Below the pieces are notes generated by a model, which was given only the letters and a program-made list of their open reading frames with translations, was not told where the DNA came from and did not search any database. A stretch of DNA of 64,000 bases from positions 72,498,939 through 72,562,938 of the forward strand of contig JASCQW010000061.1 of NCBI GenBank assembly GCA_030264375.1. Direction: 5' to 3'. Position numbers and translations under genes: made by a program. Each line of letters opens with the position of its first letter. Positions within the stretch are counted from its first letter, which is position 1. Shown here piece by piece: positions 38,706-50,189 of this stretch. This DNA is from Carcharhinus longimanus. Lineage: Eukaryota.

Positions 38706-39176
38706 GGCCATCATAGAAAGCATTCTTTCTGGCTGTATCACAGCTTGGTATGGCTCATGCTCTGCCCAAGGAACTACAAAAGGTTGTGAATCCATCACAT
38801 AAACCAACCTCACATCCATTGACTTTATCTACACTTCCCACTGCCTCAGCAAAGCAGCCAGAATAATTAAGGACCCCACGCACCCCGGACTTTCTCTCTT
38901 CCACCTTCTTCCTTCAGGAAAAAGGTACAAAAATCTGAGGACACGTACCAACTGACTCAAGAGCAGCTTCTTCCCTGCTGCCATCAGACTTTTGAATGGA
39001 CATATCTCGCATTAAGTTGATCTTTCTCTACACCCTAGCTATGTCTGTAATACTACATTCTGCACTCTCTCATATCCTTCCCTATGAACGGTATGTTTTG
39101 TCTGTATAGCGCACAAGAAACAATACTTTGTACTGTATGTTAATACATGTGAAAATAATAAATCAAATCAAATCAA
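38706..39176 (+). mobile_element. Rex1/Babar LINE 3' fragment
   Basis: IIESILSGCITAWYG-coding start and tail aataaatcaaatcaaatcaa. Confidence 0.9.
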
Positions 39177-39842
39177 GAACATACTAGCTGTGTTACAGTG
39201 GCCATTGAGATTTGTCCGTGTGGGCCTCATAGAATATAAGCTCCCCTATTAGGTGAATGGAGGCTCACTCAATAGGGAAGGAGGAGCAAGGGGGGATTAA
39301 AAGCAGCTGGCTCCAGTCAGGCCAGGAGTCGAAAGACTGTGGGGATAACCTGTACTCTGTAGCTGCTGAGGAGCACTTTGAGCACATTGTAAATAAAGAA
39401 GACAGGCCTTAGCATGATTATTACATTGGTGATGAGGAGTAAAGCAAGATTTTTTTCTTCTCTCTGAACCACCTTTAGTCAAGACAAGTAATCTTTCAGG
39501 AAGAAAATCATAGTAACCTATTTCTTGTCGGCCTTCTTCTTGCCTGTTTTTGATAAACTTGAAGTCTACAATATAAACACAGAAAGCTGAGCCCATTACG
39601 CAGGGCGTATGCATTAGTTTTTTTAGGCCAACAATATTGAGGGGGATGAGAAGCAGAAAGGCGTAGCCCAAATATGTAAAATCCAGCACAGCCAGATTTA
39701 TGCACATGCCAAAGTACATATTTCCCTGCAACCTAGTTTTATTGTCTCCTCGGATTGCAAGATTAGTAGCAAAAACTTTTGTTGATGATTGGTTTCCATG
39801 AGTATTTGTTGAAGACGCAGTCATTGATTCAAATGAGTGATA

Positions 39843-40175
39843 CAGAATCCATACAATGCAGAAGGAGGCCATTGGCCCATCGAGTCTGTACTGACAACAA
39901 TCCCACCCAGGCCCTATCCCCATATCCCCGCATATTTACCCACTAATCCCTCTAACCTACACATCCCGGGACACTAAGGGACAATTTAGCGTGGCCAATT
40001 AACATAACCCGCACATCTTTGGACTGTGGGAGGAAATAGGAGCACCCGGATGAAACCCACACGGACACGAGGAGAATGTGCAAACTCCGCACAGACAGTG
40101 ACCCGAGCCGGGAATAGAACACAGGTCCCTGGAGCTGTGAACCAGCAGTGCTAACCATTGTGCTACTATGTCACC
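39843..40175 (-). mobile_element. HE1-like V-SINE
   Basis: Reverse-complement head, body and tail. Confidence 0.9.
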
Positions 40176-40250
40176 CAAACCAGTGTGTTACTGTGCTGCC
40201 CAAACCAGTGTGTTACTGTGCTGCCCAAACCACTGTGTTACTGTGCTGCC
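40151..40250. repeat. 25-bp minisatellite (caaaccagtgtgttactgtgctgcc), at least 4 units, running into a gap
   Basis: Units start at 40151, 40176, 40201 and 40226; the first unit is the SINE 5' end. Confidence 0.9.
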
Positions 40251-40549
40251 NNNNNNNNNNNNNNNNNNNNNNNNNNNNNGCGCTGGCGGGACAGCACTGC
40301 GGGGGTCCCAGGCTGGCCAGCAATTGAGCTGGCGGAAAACGGGGAATCTGACAGGTTGGGACCACTGCACATACGCAGAGTTCCAGAACTGTCAGACTCT
40401 TGCGCAAATAGGCCCCGCCTCTCTGGATTTTTAATGAGATTCACGACTGGGACCTCGGCAGTGCACAGAGATGGAGATTCGCATGAGAAGCTGAATGACA
40501 AGCCAGTCAAGACCTAGAACAGTTCAGCACTTTTGGGAGAATCATGGCC

Positions 40550-41215
40550 AATGTTCCCAATGGTGGAGGAGTCCAGAATTACGGCTCATAGTTTGAGGAT
40601 AAGATGTAAACCTTTTAGGAAAAGTTTATTTATTGATCACAAATAGGCTTACATTCACACTACAATGAAGTTATTGTGAAAATCCCCTAGTCACCATACT
40701 CCAGCACCTGTTCGGGTACACTGAGGGAGAACTTAGCATGGCCAATGCCCCTAACCTGCACATCTTTGGACTGTGAAAGGAAACCAGACCAGCTGGAGGA
40801 AACCCACACAGAGACACGGAGAACGTGCAAACTCCACACAGACAGTGACCAAAGCCGGGAATCAAACTCGAATCCCTGATGCTGTGAGACAGCAGTGCTA
40901 ACCACCATGCCACTGTGCCACCCGTACTGCGAATGGACTAAAGTGAGGAGTAATTTCTTCCTTAAAGTATTTCTTCAATTTCAGAAGTTGGTGTATCTGG
41001 AATTCACTACTACCAAATGTAATTGAGCCAAAACATTGTCTGATTTTAAGAAAAAAAAGCTATAGTTCTTGGGGCTGAAGGAATTAAGGGACATGGGGGT
41101 AAGGGGGGGGGATCAGGATATTGAATTTTGATGATCAACCATGATCATAATGAATGGCGGGGCAGGCTCGAAGGTTGAATGGCCGACACCTGCTTCTAGA
41201 TTGTATGTTTCTATG
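40550..41215 (+). mobile_element. CR1 3' fragment split by a SINE
   Basis: aatgttcccaatgg...aaaccttttagga, then ggactaaagtgaggagtaatttc...gaatggcggggcaggctcgaagg resumes after the SINE. Confidence 0.8.
40621..40922 (-). mobile_element. HE1-like V-SINE with alternative tail, nested in CR1
   Basis: Reverse complement of the 21215/28511 type. Confidence 0.85.
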
Positions 41216-41843
41216 TTAAAACAAAATTACTCAAAGTATATTTTAATCTTGTATCATGCAGCAAATTCATTTTGTGTTTATTTGTCTTGCCACAAAAGCA
41301 CCCACGTAGGATCATATTTAGTGTTTGCTTTAAATTTATTGATTCTGAGTTGAGAAATTACTAAGCCAATGCCGAGACAATACCACAGTTACTCACTTGG
41401 TTTGAATTTAAACAGCACAACGAAAATAACCAGAATCAATGACAAGAAGGAACAACAAAAGGAGAAAAAAAAGATGTACAAATATCATTATTCACTTCAA
41501 ATTTCTGACAAGGCAGGTAAAAATATCAATAAATATAACTACCTTTGGGAGACTGCCCTCAGGTCCATTTAGAAAAAATATTTTATGCTTATTGCCCCTA
41601 TCAAAATTGGATAAATTCATCAAAAAACACAATTTTGTATACTTTAGTTACCCTCCACTCCCTCTACGCACATGGACACACAGTGCAGTTAGTCGAATAT
41701 TGGTCAAATTTGCTCCTTAGATCATGGCAAATTCAGGTCCCATTGCACTTTGTGGCTATTACCTTTTAGCTGCCTTATGTGAAGTAATTGGGCTGCAGTC
41801 TTCATAGAAAAATAAACTGGGCTGTGGAATATATCTCCAAAAC

Positions 41844-42554
41844 NNNNNNNNNNNNNNNNNNNNNNNNNNNNNNNNNNNNNNNNNNNNNNNNNNNNNNNNN
41901 NNNNNNNNNNNNNNNNNNNNNNNNNNNNNNNNNNNNNNNNNNNNNNNNNNNNNNNNNNNNNNNNNNNNNNNNNNNNNNNNNNNNNNNNNNNNNNNNNNNN
42001 NNNNNNNNNNNNNNNNNNNNNNNNNNNNNNNNNNNNNNNNNNNNNNNNNNNNNNNNNNNNNNNNNNNNNNNNNNNNNNNNNNNNNNNNNNNNNNNNNNNN
42101 NNNNNNNNNNNNNNNNNNNNNNNNNNNNNNNNNNNNNNNNNNNNNNNNNNNNNNNNNNNNNNNNNNNNNNNNNNNNNNNNNNNNNNNNNNNNNNNNNNNN
42201 NNNNNNNNNNNNNNNNNNNNNNNNNNNNNNNNNNNNNNNNNNNNNNNNNNNNNNNNNNNNNNNNNNNNNNNNNNNNNNNNNNNNNNNNNNNNNNNNNNNN
42301 NNNNNNNNNNNNNNNNNNNNNNNNNNNNNNNNNNNNNNNNNNNNNNNNNNNNNNNNNNNNNNNNNNNNNNNNNNNNNNNNNNNNNNNNNNNNNNNNNNNN
42401 NNNNNNNNNNNNNNNNNNNNNNNNNNNNNNNNNNNNNNNNNNNNNNNNNNNNNNNNNNNNNNNNNNNNNNNNNNNNNNNNNNNNNNNNNNNNNNNNNNNN
42501 NNNNNNNNNNNNNNNNNNNNNNNNNNNNNNNNNNNNNNNNNNNNNNNNNNNNNN
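41844..42554. other. Assembly gap (~711 N)
   Basis: Run of N. Confidence 0.99.
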
Positions 42555-42669
42555 ACGAATAGAAATCCCGTGTAATAAAAGAGGAATTTATCTAATTTTG
42601 ATCATCATGAAGTAGTGGACATGGATGGAGGCCTTTATACTGCTGTTTTGCTGCTATATATTGAGTTTT

Positions 42670-43075
42670 AAGACAATTCTCCCAGCCCACTCCAGCCTGG
42701 CACACTGGCACTGCCCAAGGGTCAAACTGGCACTGCCCACCAGGCATCCAAGAGGATGGGACCAGAGGGGATGGGACTTATTGGAGAGGGTGATCGATAG
42801 TGGGATAGCAATTTGGAGGCTGGCAATGGGGGCCACTGCACATGCACCGATCTCCTCGCTGACGGATCAGTGCATGCACAATGGCCCACTCAGCGCCTTG
42901 CTGCTGGCCTCTTAGGTGGGAATAGGCCCCACCCACTGATTTTCAGAGGGAATCCCGCTAGGGCATTCTGATGCACAGAGTGTCGAAGATTCATTCTGGA
43001 AATTATGCTAAAAAATCTAGAGGGATTTAGTCCTTTTTTTCTGCAAACTGGAAGTTTTTGCAAGAATCCTGGCCA
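42670..43075. mobile_element. Fragment of a Harbinger-type non-autonomous family
   Basis: Shares ctggcactgcccaaggg and cactgcacatgcac motifs with the 2968, 35565 and 49107 elements. Confidence 0.45.
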
Positions 43076-43420
43076 ATTTTTTTTTGTGGAGATTCATCTA
43101 TTTTGAAGCCCAAGCTTTGGCTGTTTTATCTGCCTCTGTAATCAGTTAGGTTTCCTCTTCATAAAACCAAGGTTTTTTCCTAATGACTATGGTGAAATCA
43201 TTGCACTGGGTGAATGGCGAATGTGGGTGGAATCCTGCCCACAGTGAGCTTGGTGGAGGGTGGGTGCAAAGAATCTGGCAAGAATAAAAAAGTCAGAAAC
43301 CTGCTGACGTAAAATCATGCTGCAATTCTCCCAATGTCAGGTTAATGCTGGGTTGATCATCTCACTGGCTGGCAGTGTGAACACAGTTTGCATTCATTTG
43401 CATCTCATGAATGCTCATTT

Positions 43421-43745
43421 GGGGAGGCAATGGCCTTAGTGGTATTATCACTAATGTTCTGGAAACCTGGGTTTGAATCCTGCCATGGCAGATGGTCAAA
43501 TTTGAATTTGATAAAAAAATTTGGAATTAAGAATTTACTGATGACCATGAAACCATTGTCGATTATCTGGTTCTCTAATGTCCTTCAGGGAAGGAAATCT
43601 GCTATCCTTACCAGGGCTGGCCTACGTGTGACTCCAGGGCAACAGCAATGTGTTTGGCTCTCAACTGCCCTCGGGTAACTAAGGATGGGTAATAAATGTG
43701 GCCAGCCAGCGACACCCATGTCCCACAAATGAATTTTAAAAAAGC
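43421..43745 (+). mobile_element. SINE family B
   Basis: ggggaggcaatggccttagtgg head, conserved core, tail gccagccagcgacacccatgtcccac. Confidence 0.85.
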
Positions 43746-44482
43746 TACTCATCGGCATCCTGTCAGGTCTTCCAATCTTGCATCATGGCTGCGGGAAATC
43801 ATATTGGTGTCAAACCTGATTGATAAAGAGCAACATGGCCCTCAGTTCATCAGAAACTTTGAGGTGAGTGAAGCCGAGGCTACCTGCCATAGTGTTGCAT
43901 TGCTCCTGACGTGCTGTTATGATGTACACTCCAGGCCAGTGCTCCATTGTACCCAGTGTCTAGCAGGCACCCACCCTCGCCAGCCCCGCTGACCCTATCT
44001 GGACGCGTTTCATGCTGGTTGCCACTTAAGCGGTCGACCAGTCTCATATCACGTTTCTTGTTGGATCTCAGGTGGGACTGGGGAATGCAGCTGCTTCTGG
44101 TCCCACCCACCATGCTCGTACCTCATGCATAAAATTCAGGCCTAAATATGGTGCCGGGGCCTTCAGTTGAGGACGGGAGGACAAATCAGTTGCCTGCCAG
44201 GAGAGTGAAAGGAGAACTCACCTGTGTATAAGTAATGAGCTTCCAAGAGCAGAATCTGGCGTGGTGTGCTGCCATTTTGGTTGGCAGGACAGGTGCTGTC
44301 AGAGCCACACACCACCGCACTGAGTCTCAAAATGGGGAGAATTCCACATTTTGTTTTCAGTCCATGTTTTGTTGTGTTAGAAAGCATTACTTGTTACATC
44401 TTATTCCCTCTGATTCTGAACCTTTTAAGTATAATGGCAATGAGAATAACTAATCGACACAGCTCAAGTTCCATAAACCCCA

Positions 44483-44787
44483 CTGAATCCCTACAGTGCA
44501 GTAGGGAGGGGCCATTCAGCCCATCGAGTCTGCACCGACTCTGCCAAAGAGCATTCTTACTCTCGCCCACCCCCACGCTGTAACCCTATAATCCTATGCA
44601 TTTACCAAAGCTAATCCACCCAACCTACACATCTTTGAAGTGTGGGAGGAAGCTGGAGCAGCAGAGGAAACCCCCACAGACACGGGCAGAGTGTGCAAAC
44701 TCCACACAATCACCCAAGGCTGGAATCGAACTCTGATCCCTGGTGCAGAGAGGCAGCATTGCTAAACGCTGTGCCACTGTGTTGCCT
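44483..44787 (-). mobile_element. HE1-like V-SINE
   Basis: Reverse-complement head, body and tail. Confidence 0.85.
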
Positions 44788-44839
44788 ACAATAGGACGCA
44801 GACAGGCTTTCAGATTTTCAAATTATCATGGTAATCTTT

Positions 44840-45182
44840 TATAGAACATAGAATCCCCACAGTGCAGAAAGAGGCCGTTCGGCCCATCAAGCCTGCAATG
44901 GCAACAATCCCACCTAGGCCCTATCCCCGTAACCCCACATATTTACCCTGCTAATCCCTCTAACCTAAACATCCCAGGACACTAAGGGACAATTTATCAT
45001 GGCCAATGCACCTAACCTGCATATCTTTGGACTGTGGGAGAAAACCGGAGCACCCAGAGGAAGCCCACGCAGACACGGGGTGAATGGGCAAACTCCACAC
45101 TAACAGTTACCCAAGCCAAGAATCGAACCCAGGTTCCTGGAGTTGTGAGGCAGCAGTGCTCACCGCTGTGCCACCGTGCCGT
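44840..45182 (-). mobile_element. HE1-like V-SINE
   Basis: Reverse-complement head, body and tail. Confidence 0.9.
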
Positions 45183-48100
45183 CCAATTTCTTGGATCTCC
45201 TCTATTGTTGAAGCTCTATCTAAAAGATATTAATTTCCTCTTTCATGCATTTCTTATTTCCCTTTGCTCAAGCCAATCATAAAAGTTTACATCAAGTTTT
45301 ACAGCATGGAAACAGGCCCTTTGGCCCAACTTGTCCATGTCTAGAAATGAACCCTAAATATGAATGTTTGTCCAATGCATGAGGAGACTCTTCCAACATC
45401 TTTCTCCCAGTTTCTGACAGAATGCAATAAAAAGCTTGACCAGCTACCCATCCCTTACCTATAATTTACAACATACCTCAGGCATAACCTAATTTAATTT
45501 CTTTATCTTTTATTCATTCTGTCATCCCAGCTCCACTGATCTTGTCTTTATTGTACCCTCCAAATGTGCCACCCAACACACCCTTCATCATTGCTGCAAG
45601 CTCACTGTGTTGACATCCACTACCGGCATGCCCGCTAGAGCGGGCGCAACTCACGGAACGGCATTCTCTGTTGGCTTTGGGTGGGATCTTAATGCCTCGG
45701 GCGGGCATGGCAATAAAATTCTGGCAATCGTCTCTAACTCTACCTCATGTTATCTAAGTACAGGCAGTAATCAGGCAAATGTCTTCCCTTGTGTCGAACT
45801 CATGTGACTTCTATTCCACTGATTTACAAAACATCAGTCCTGGGACCTGACTCCAACCTCAGCNNNNNNNNNNNNNNNNNNNNNNNNNNNNNNNNNNNNN
45901 NNNNNNNNNNNNNNNNNNNNNNNNNNNNNNNNNNNNNNNNNNNNNNNNNNNNNNNNNNNNNNNAGTCACTTGGCACTTCCCTCCTCACTAACTGGAGTGT
46001 CCGAATCAGACTTTGGTAGAGCATATCTGTCTTGTGCTGAGTCTGGATGGGCGAACTCAGTGGTAGAAGGGAAAGTGCCAGTAACATTCGATGTGCAGCC
46101 CAACAAGTCAACTTAAATGCATCGGGTGTGGTCCCGATCGTGGCCATTTTCAGGCCTTGGTAAAGGGGGAACTGGTGCAGAGGTGGGCACAGATCGCATT
46201 ATTTGCCTCACGCCAAACTTTACCAAGTTTTCAAAAACTGGCGTAATTTGATGGTAAAATTGGGCCCTCACGGTTAATTTAGCACAGCCAATGCACTAAC
46301 CTGCACATCTTTGGAGCATGGGAGGAAACCAGAGCACCACTTCCCCTCAACTAACTTCTGAACAACAGCAAGTAGGGAAAGGCAATAAATACTGGCCAGA
46401 CAGCGACACTCATGTCCTATGAATGAATAAAAAAAAATAGGAAATGCAATCTTTCCTTCATTGTCTGAGCCACCAATTCAATTTTAATCTCTCCTTTAGT
46501 CCATTGGTTTTATCCTGATTTTGCTTCTTGGTTATTGTGAAAGGAATTGGACTTGGTCACCAATGAACAAATTGCTTGTTTTATTCAATAGATAAATTAT
46601 TGTACATATACACTTTAAAATGCTCTTGCTTCCCAGCTTGGGTGTCAGTACCAATAATTTTGAAGTGATAGGTTGCTATTTTCTCTATGAATATGACACT
46701 CAGTTGGTTAGATAGGGATTGCTGACCATGAGAATGGGTAACCGGGACACAGCCAGCACATAGCACTCGCTGCCATTGCACACAAGGAACGCTGAATATA
46801 CAGTACTTTATAAATCAGGAAATAAAGCTGCCAGCTAATAATTTAGTTCTCTTTACTTTGGCCAGGCTTTACTTTCCATCCTGTGATCTGTAACATATTT
46901 TAACCTTAATACTTCCATTGACTCTTAACCTATTTAAGATTGTTATCTCAATGTCAATCTTTTTTTTATTACTTTTGCGCATCATTTTTCTCTGTGGATT
47001 TTATCCCAGGGAAAGCACTAAGCATGTTAATAAAGAGCAAGGGAGTCTTCCCTCTTACCGCATCAGGAAAGTAAACTGGAAAATGTACACATTGAGGTAG
47101 TGCACAAGTGTTACAGTGTGCTGGGGATCACAGTCATTAACTGTAAATTGCCTTGCTATTAGCTTTGCACTCCAGTTCCAACCTTCAGCCTTGAGTTGGA
47201 GAATGAGTGAAACATTTTTTAGGTAAATGATCCATAGACTGCAAAAGGTGCTCAGGAACTGTCCCTTATTCGCTTGGCAGCAGAATCAAATCAAGTGCAT
47301 TATCTGCTATGCAGGAAATGTTTCAGGTGAAGTAGGTGGATATCCCAGGGAGCGGAGCTGGGAGTTGGGGGTGTAATCCCATGGGCATGGCTGGAGGGGC
47401 AGGGGAGCAGGGTGAAGGGGGTGGGGCCCCATGGAGGAGTTAGTTGGGTTTTGGCGGGGGAGGGCGGGTAACTGGAATGGGTGGGATCTTCCATGGGGAA
47501 AAGAAAAAATTCCTTCTATCTTCTGCAACATTGTCATACCAGAGTGGTGGGTCTGGGTACTCTGCGTTAGTGAGTTTTTTGGCAGGCAGGACAGTGATGG
47601 CCACTCAGTAAGGACCAATATGATAGTGCCCTGGTGCAAACTAGTCTGATTCCTATCTGAACTCCGCATTCACACTGGCACCTGAGCCCACATCTGTGTA
47701 GTGGGTAAGGGATCTGAAACCCTCATACAGGGCCCTGGTGGGGTGGGATATGGAAGGGAAAGGAATCACTCGTGGGGACTGAGGAACCAATACCTTCCTT
47801 TTCTCAGTGACACCAGCATTGAGGGGCCTCCCAACTGACATCAACATGAAGCATCGCTCCAGCGATCATCAATGGAAAAGGATTCATAAACGAAGAGACA
47901 AATTAGTCACAGGTGGGTGGTGAAAAAACATCTATTTGCAATAAAGGTGTTTAAATAAGATGTTCTAGCATAAAACTGTGAACAGAAAACGTTAATGTGC
48001 TTAAGTATTTTTCTAACTAGTGCAGCCCTTCACGTGTACCATCTCAGAAATGGCAGAAATCATTGTAGGCAGGATGGAAAATTTGATGGACCAGCCAAAG

Positions 48101-49106
48101 GTCCTTTCTCTTCATGTGGGAATTTCTGGTTCCAAAAATCCCTGGTTCAATATCTGACACTTTCTCATTCCTGTGATAACTTCTCCTGTCTTCATCTTTA
48201 AGGGACAAATGTTTACTTTAGTTAATTGCCACCTTTGGACATACTTCTCAACGTTTTTACAACCTGTATTTATGTTCCTGGATAGTTCATTCTCGTTCTC
48301 TTTTGGCAATCCTCTTTTGGATTCTAAATGACTTCCAACCCTTAGGCTAAGTGTTTTTGCCAGTGAACACAAGTGACATGAAACTTGATTATTCACATAC
48401 TAGGGGTGATTCTCCGACTTCGCAGATCGTGCGCCTCCTGGGGAATAGCGTGTGGACCTAAAAATTGGTCTTGTGCATGGCACCAAGCAGTTTGTGATCC
48501 TCTCAACCCCTTTCTTATGGCATAAACTGGATTGTGCCCTTTCTGGGCGCAAGGCCAATTAGCATATTTAAAATAGCATTGAAATATGCATGGTCTGTTC
48601 AACTCCTGTTAATTGGTGACTATTCTGGAAGGGCAAACTCATTTAGACACAATCGCCCTCTGACCTGCACAGCATCACCCTGGCTCTTGGCTCATGGGCC
48701 CAAACCCAGGGGATAGGTGTCCGAGAGCCTGGACACTGATCCAGCTCCTAGGACCTCACAGGAAGGCAGGGAAGATCAGTCAGACCTTGTGACAGGTGAT
48801 GAGCAGCAGCTGCCACCACCTGGAAGCAACACTTAGGGCATTTCTATTGGGACAGCACCTCTTCTGCCCTTTTGCCAGTGGCACGGTCATTCTCGATTGC
48901 TGTGGTCACAAACGCTATTCCTGCAACTCAGCAGAAGTCTTCCAGTGTGGCAGGGTCCTTAAGGCCTCAGCCACAGAGTAGACGCTGCCAAAATCATCCA
49001 GGGCAAGTGAAGTGACAGATAGAGACATTGATACATACAACCCAGCCCTTCAGTTCATCACATCTGTGCCAGTCAAAGACAAACCATCCAACTATTCTAA
49101 TCCTGA

Positions 49107-49990
49107 GGGCGGTTCTTCCACCCCACCGTGTTAATTTTCTAGTGCAACGGGGTGGGAGAATCTCACAGCTGGGCATGCATGAGATTCGCGCATGCGTTCC
49201 CACCCTGAGCGCATTTCTGAGCGCTGGATTTCTGATGCTGTCAGATGTGCTCTGGAAACCGGGGGGGGGGGGAAGACCAAGTAAGTAAATTTAATCTGTT
49301 TTAATCTGGAATCTAATTTAAATGAAATTATCAGGACTGAGTTCTCGGGCCCGCTCGCCTCTTCTGCCCCCTGCCAGAATATTTCCCTCCAGTGGGGTTT
49401 ACAGTAGGTCCCCACTTTTGGGGAACTATTGGGATGACCCTGCTGGAGTGAAGGGGAGGGGGCAATCAGGGCTTCCCAAGGGGTTGGGCAGCAGGTGCGG
49501 TACTCNNNNNNNNNNNNNNNNCCTGTACCAGCCTGTGTCCCCTGGCATTGCCCAAGGTGCAAAGTGCCCATGCCCAGGAGGTAGGGCCTGTGGGGCAATC
49601 AGTGGGGTTGAGGTGTCCTGCTGCGCCTTTGGGCAGGAGGGAGGCCAGTGATTGGGGTGGGCATGGGGAGGGCTGCGCTCATGGGTGTGGGGGTGGGGGA
49701 GGGAGATCTCTCTCCCGGGGGCTCCGCCCTCCGGGGGATGAGGGATGGAGATTGGGGCAATCCAAGATGGGAGGGAGAGGGGCGGTTAAGGCAGGGAATG
49801 GTCGGGGGGGGGGCGGGATCAGCCTGTAGCCATTGTCCCAGACTGACCAGCTATTGAGCTGGCCAGCAACCGGGAGGCTGACAGTTCAAGGCCACTAAGC
49901 ATGTGCAGAGTGCCACTGGTTTCAGCCCCTCAGGGAGGAAATTTAATGTTTATGTCAATAAAGACTGACCCCCCCCCCCCAGGTTATTTT
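49107..49990. mobile_element. GC-rich Harbinger-type element end or fragment
   Basis: Starts GGGCGGTTCTT; internal ctggcattgcccaagg motif and G-rich tracts as in 2968 and 35565; right end not defined. Confidence 0.45.
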
Positions 49991-50189
49991 AATGCATTAT
50001 TGCTGTTGGACCTCTTTGGGTAGATGGGCATAAGCTTTAATAGTTTGTGGGGGTGCATCGAATGTGAATAATAGACATGGGAAGTATTTTGACAGGATGG
50101 CAAAAAGGTTCACATATTTTACATGGAATACTGTTTGGACACAGGCCGTGCTGTCTCTCTGAGGCCAGGTCTTCATAACCTATTCGAAT

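Noticed and set aside
39297-39923. 208-aa single-exon ORF
   Set aside because: Its ATG lies in a SINE tail and no homology is recognised; only an internal segment was kept as a weak exon candidate.
40151-40250. CRISPR-like 25-bp repeats
   Set aside because: Units are directly adjacent with no spacers, derive from a SINE head, and have no cas genes nearby; the context is vertebrate.
41788-42615. 275-aa ORF in the track
   Set aside because: Almost entirely N; an artefact of translating a gap.
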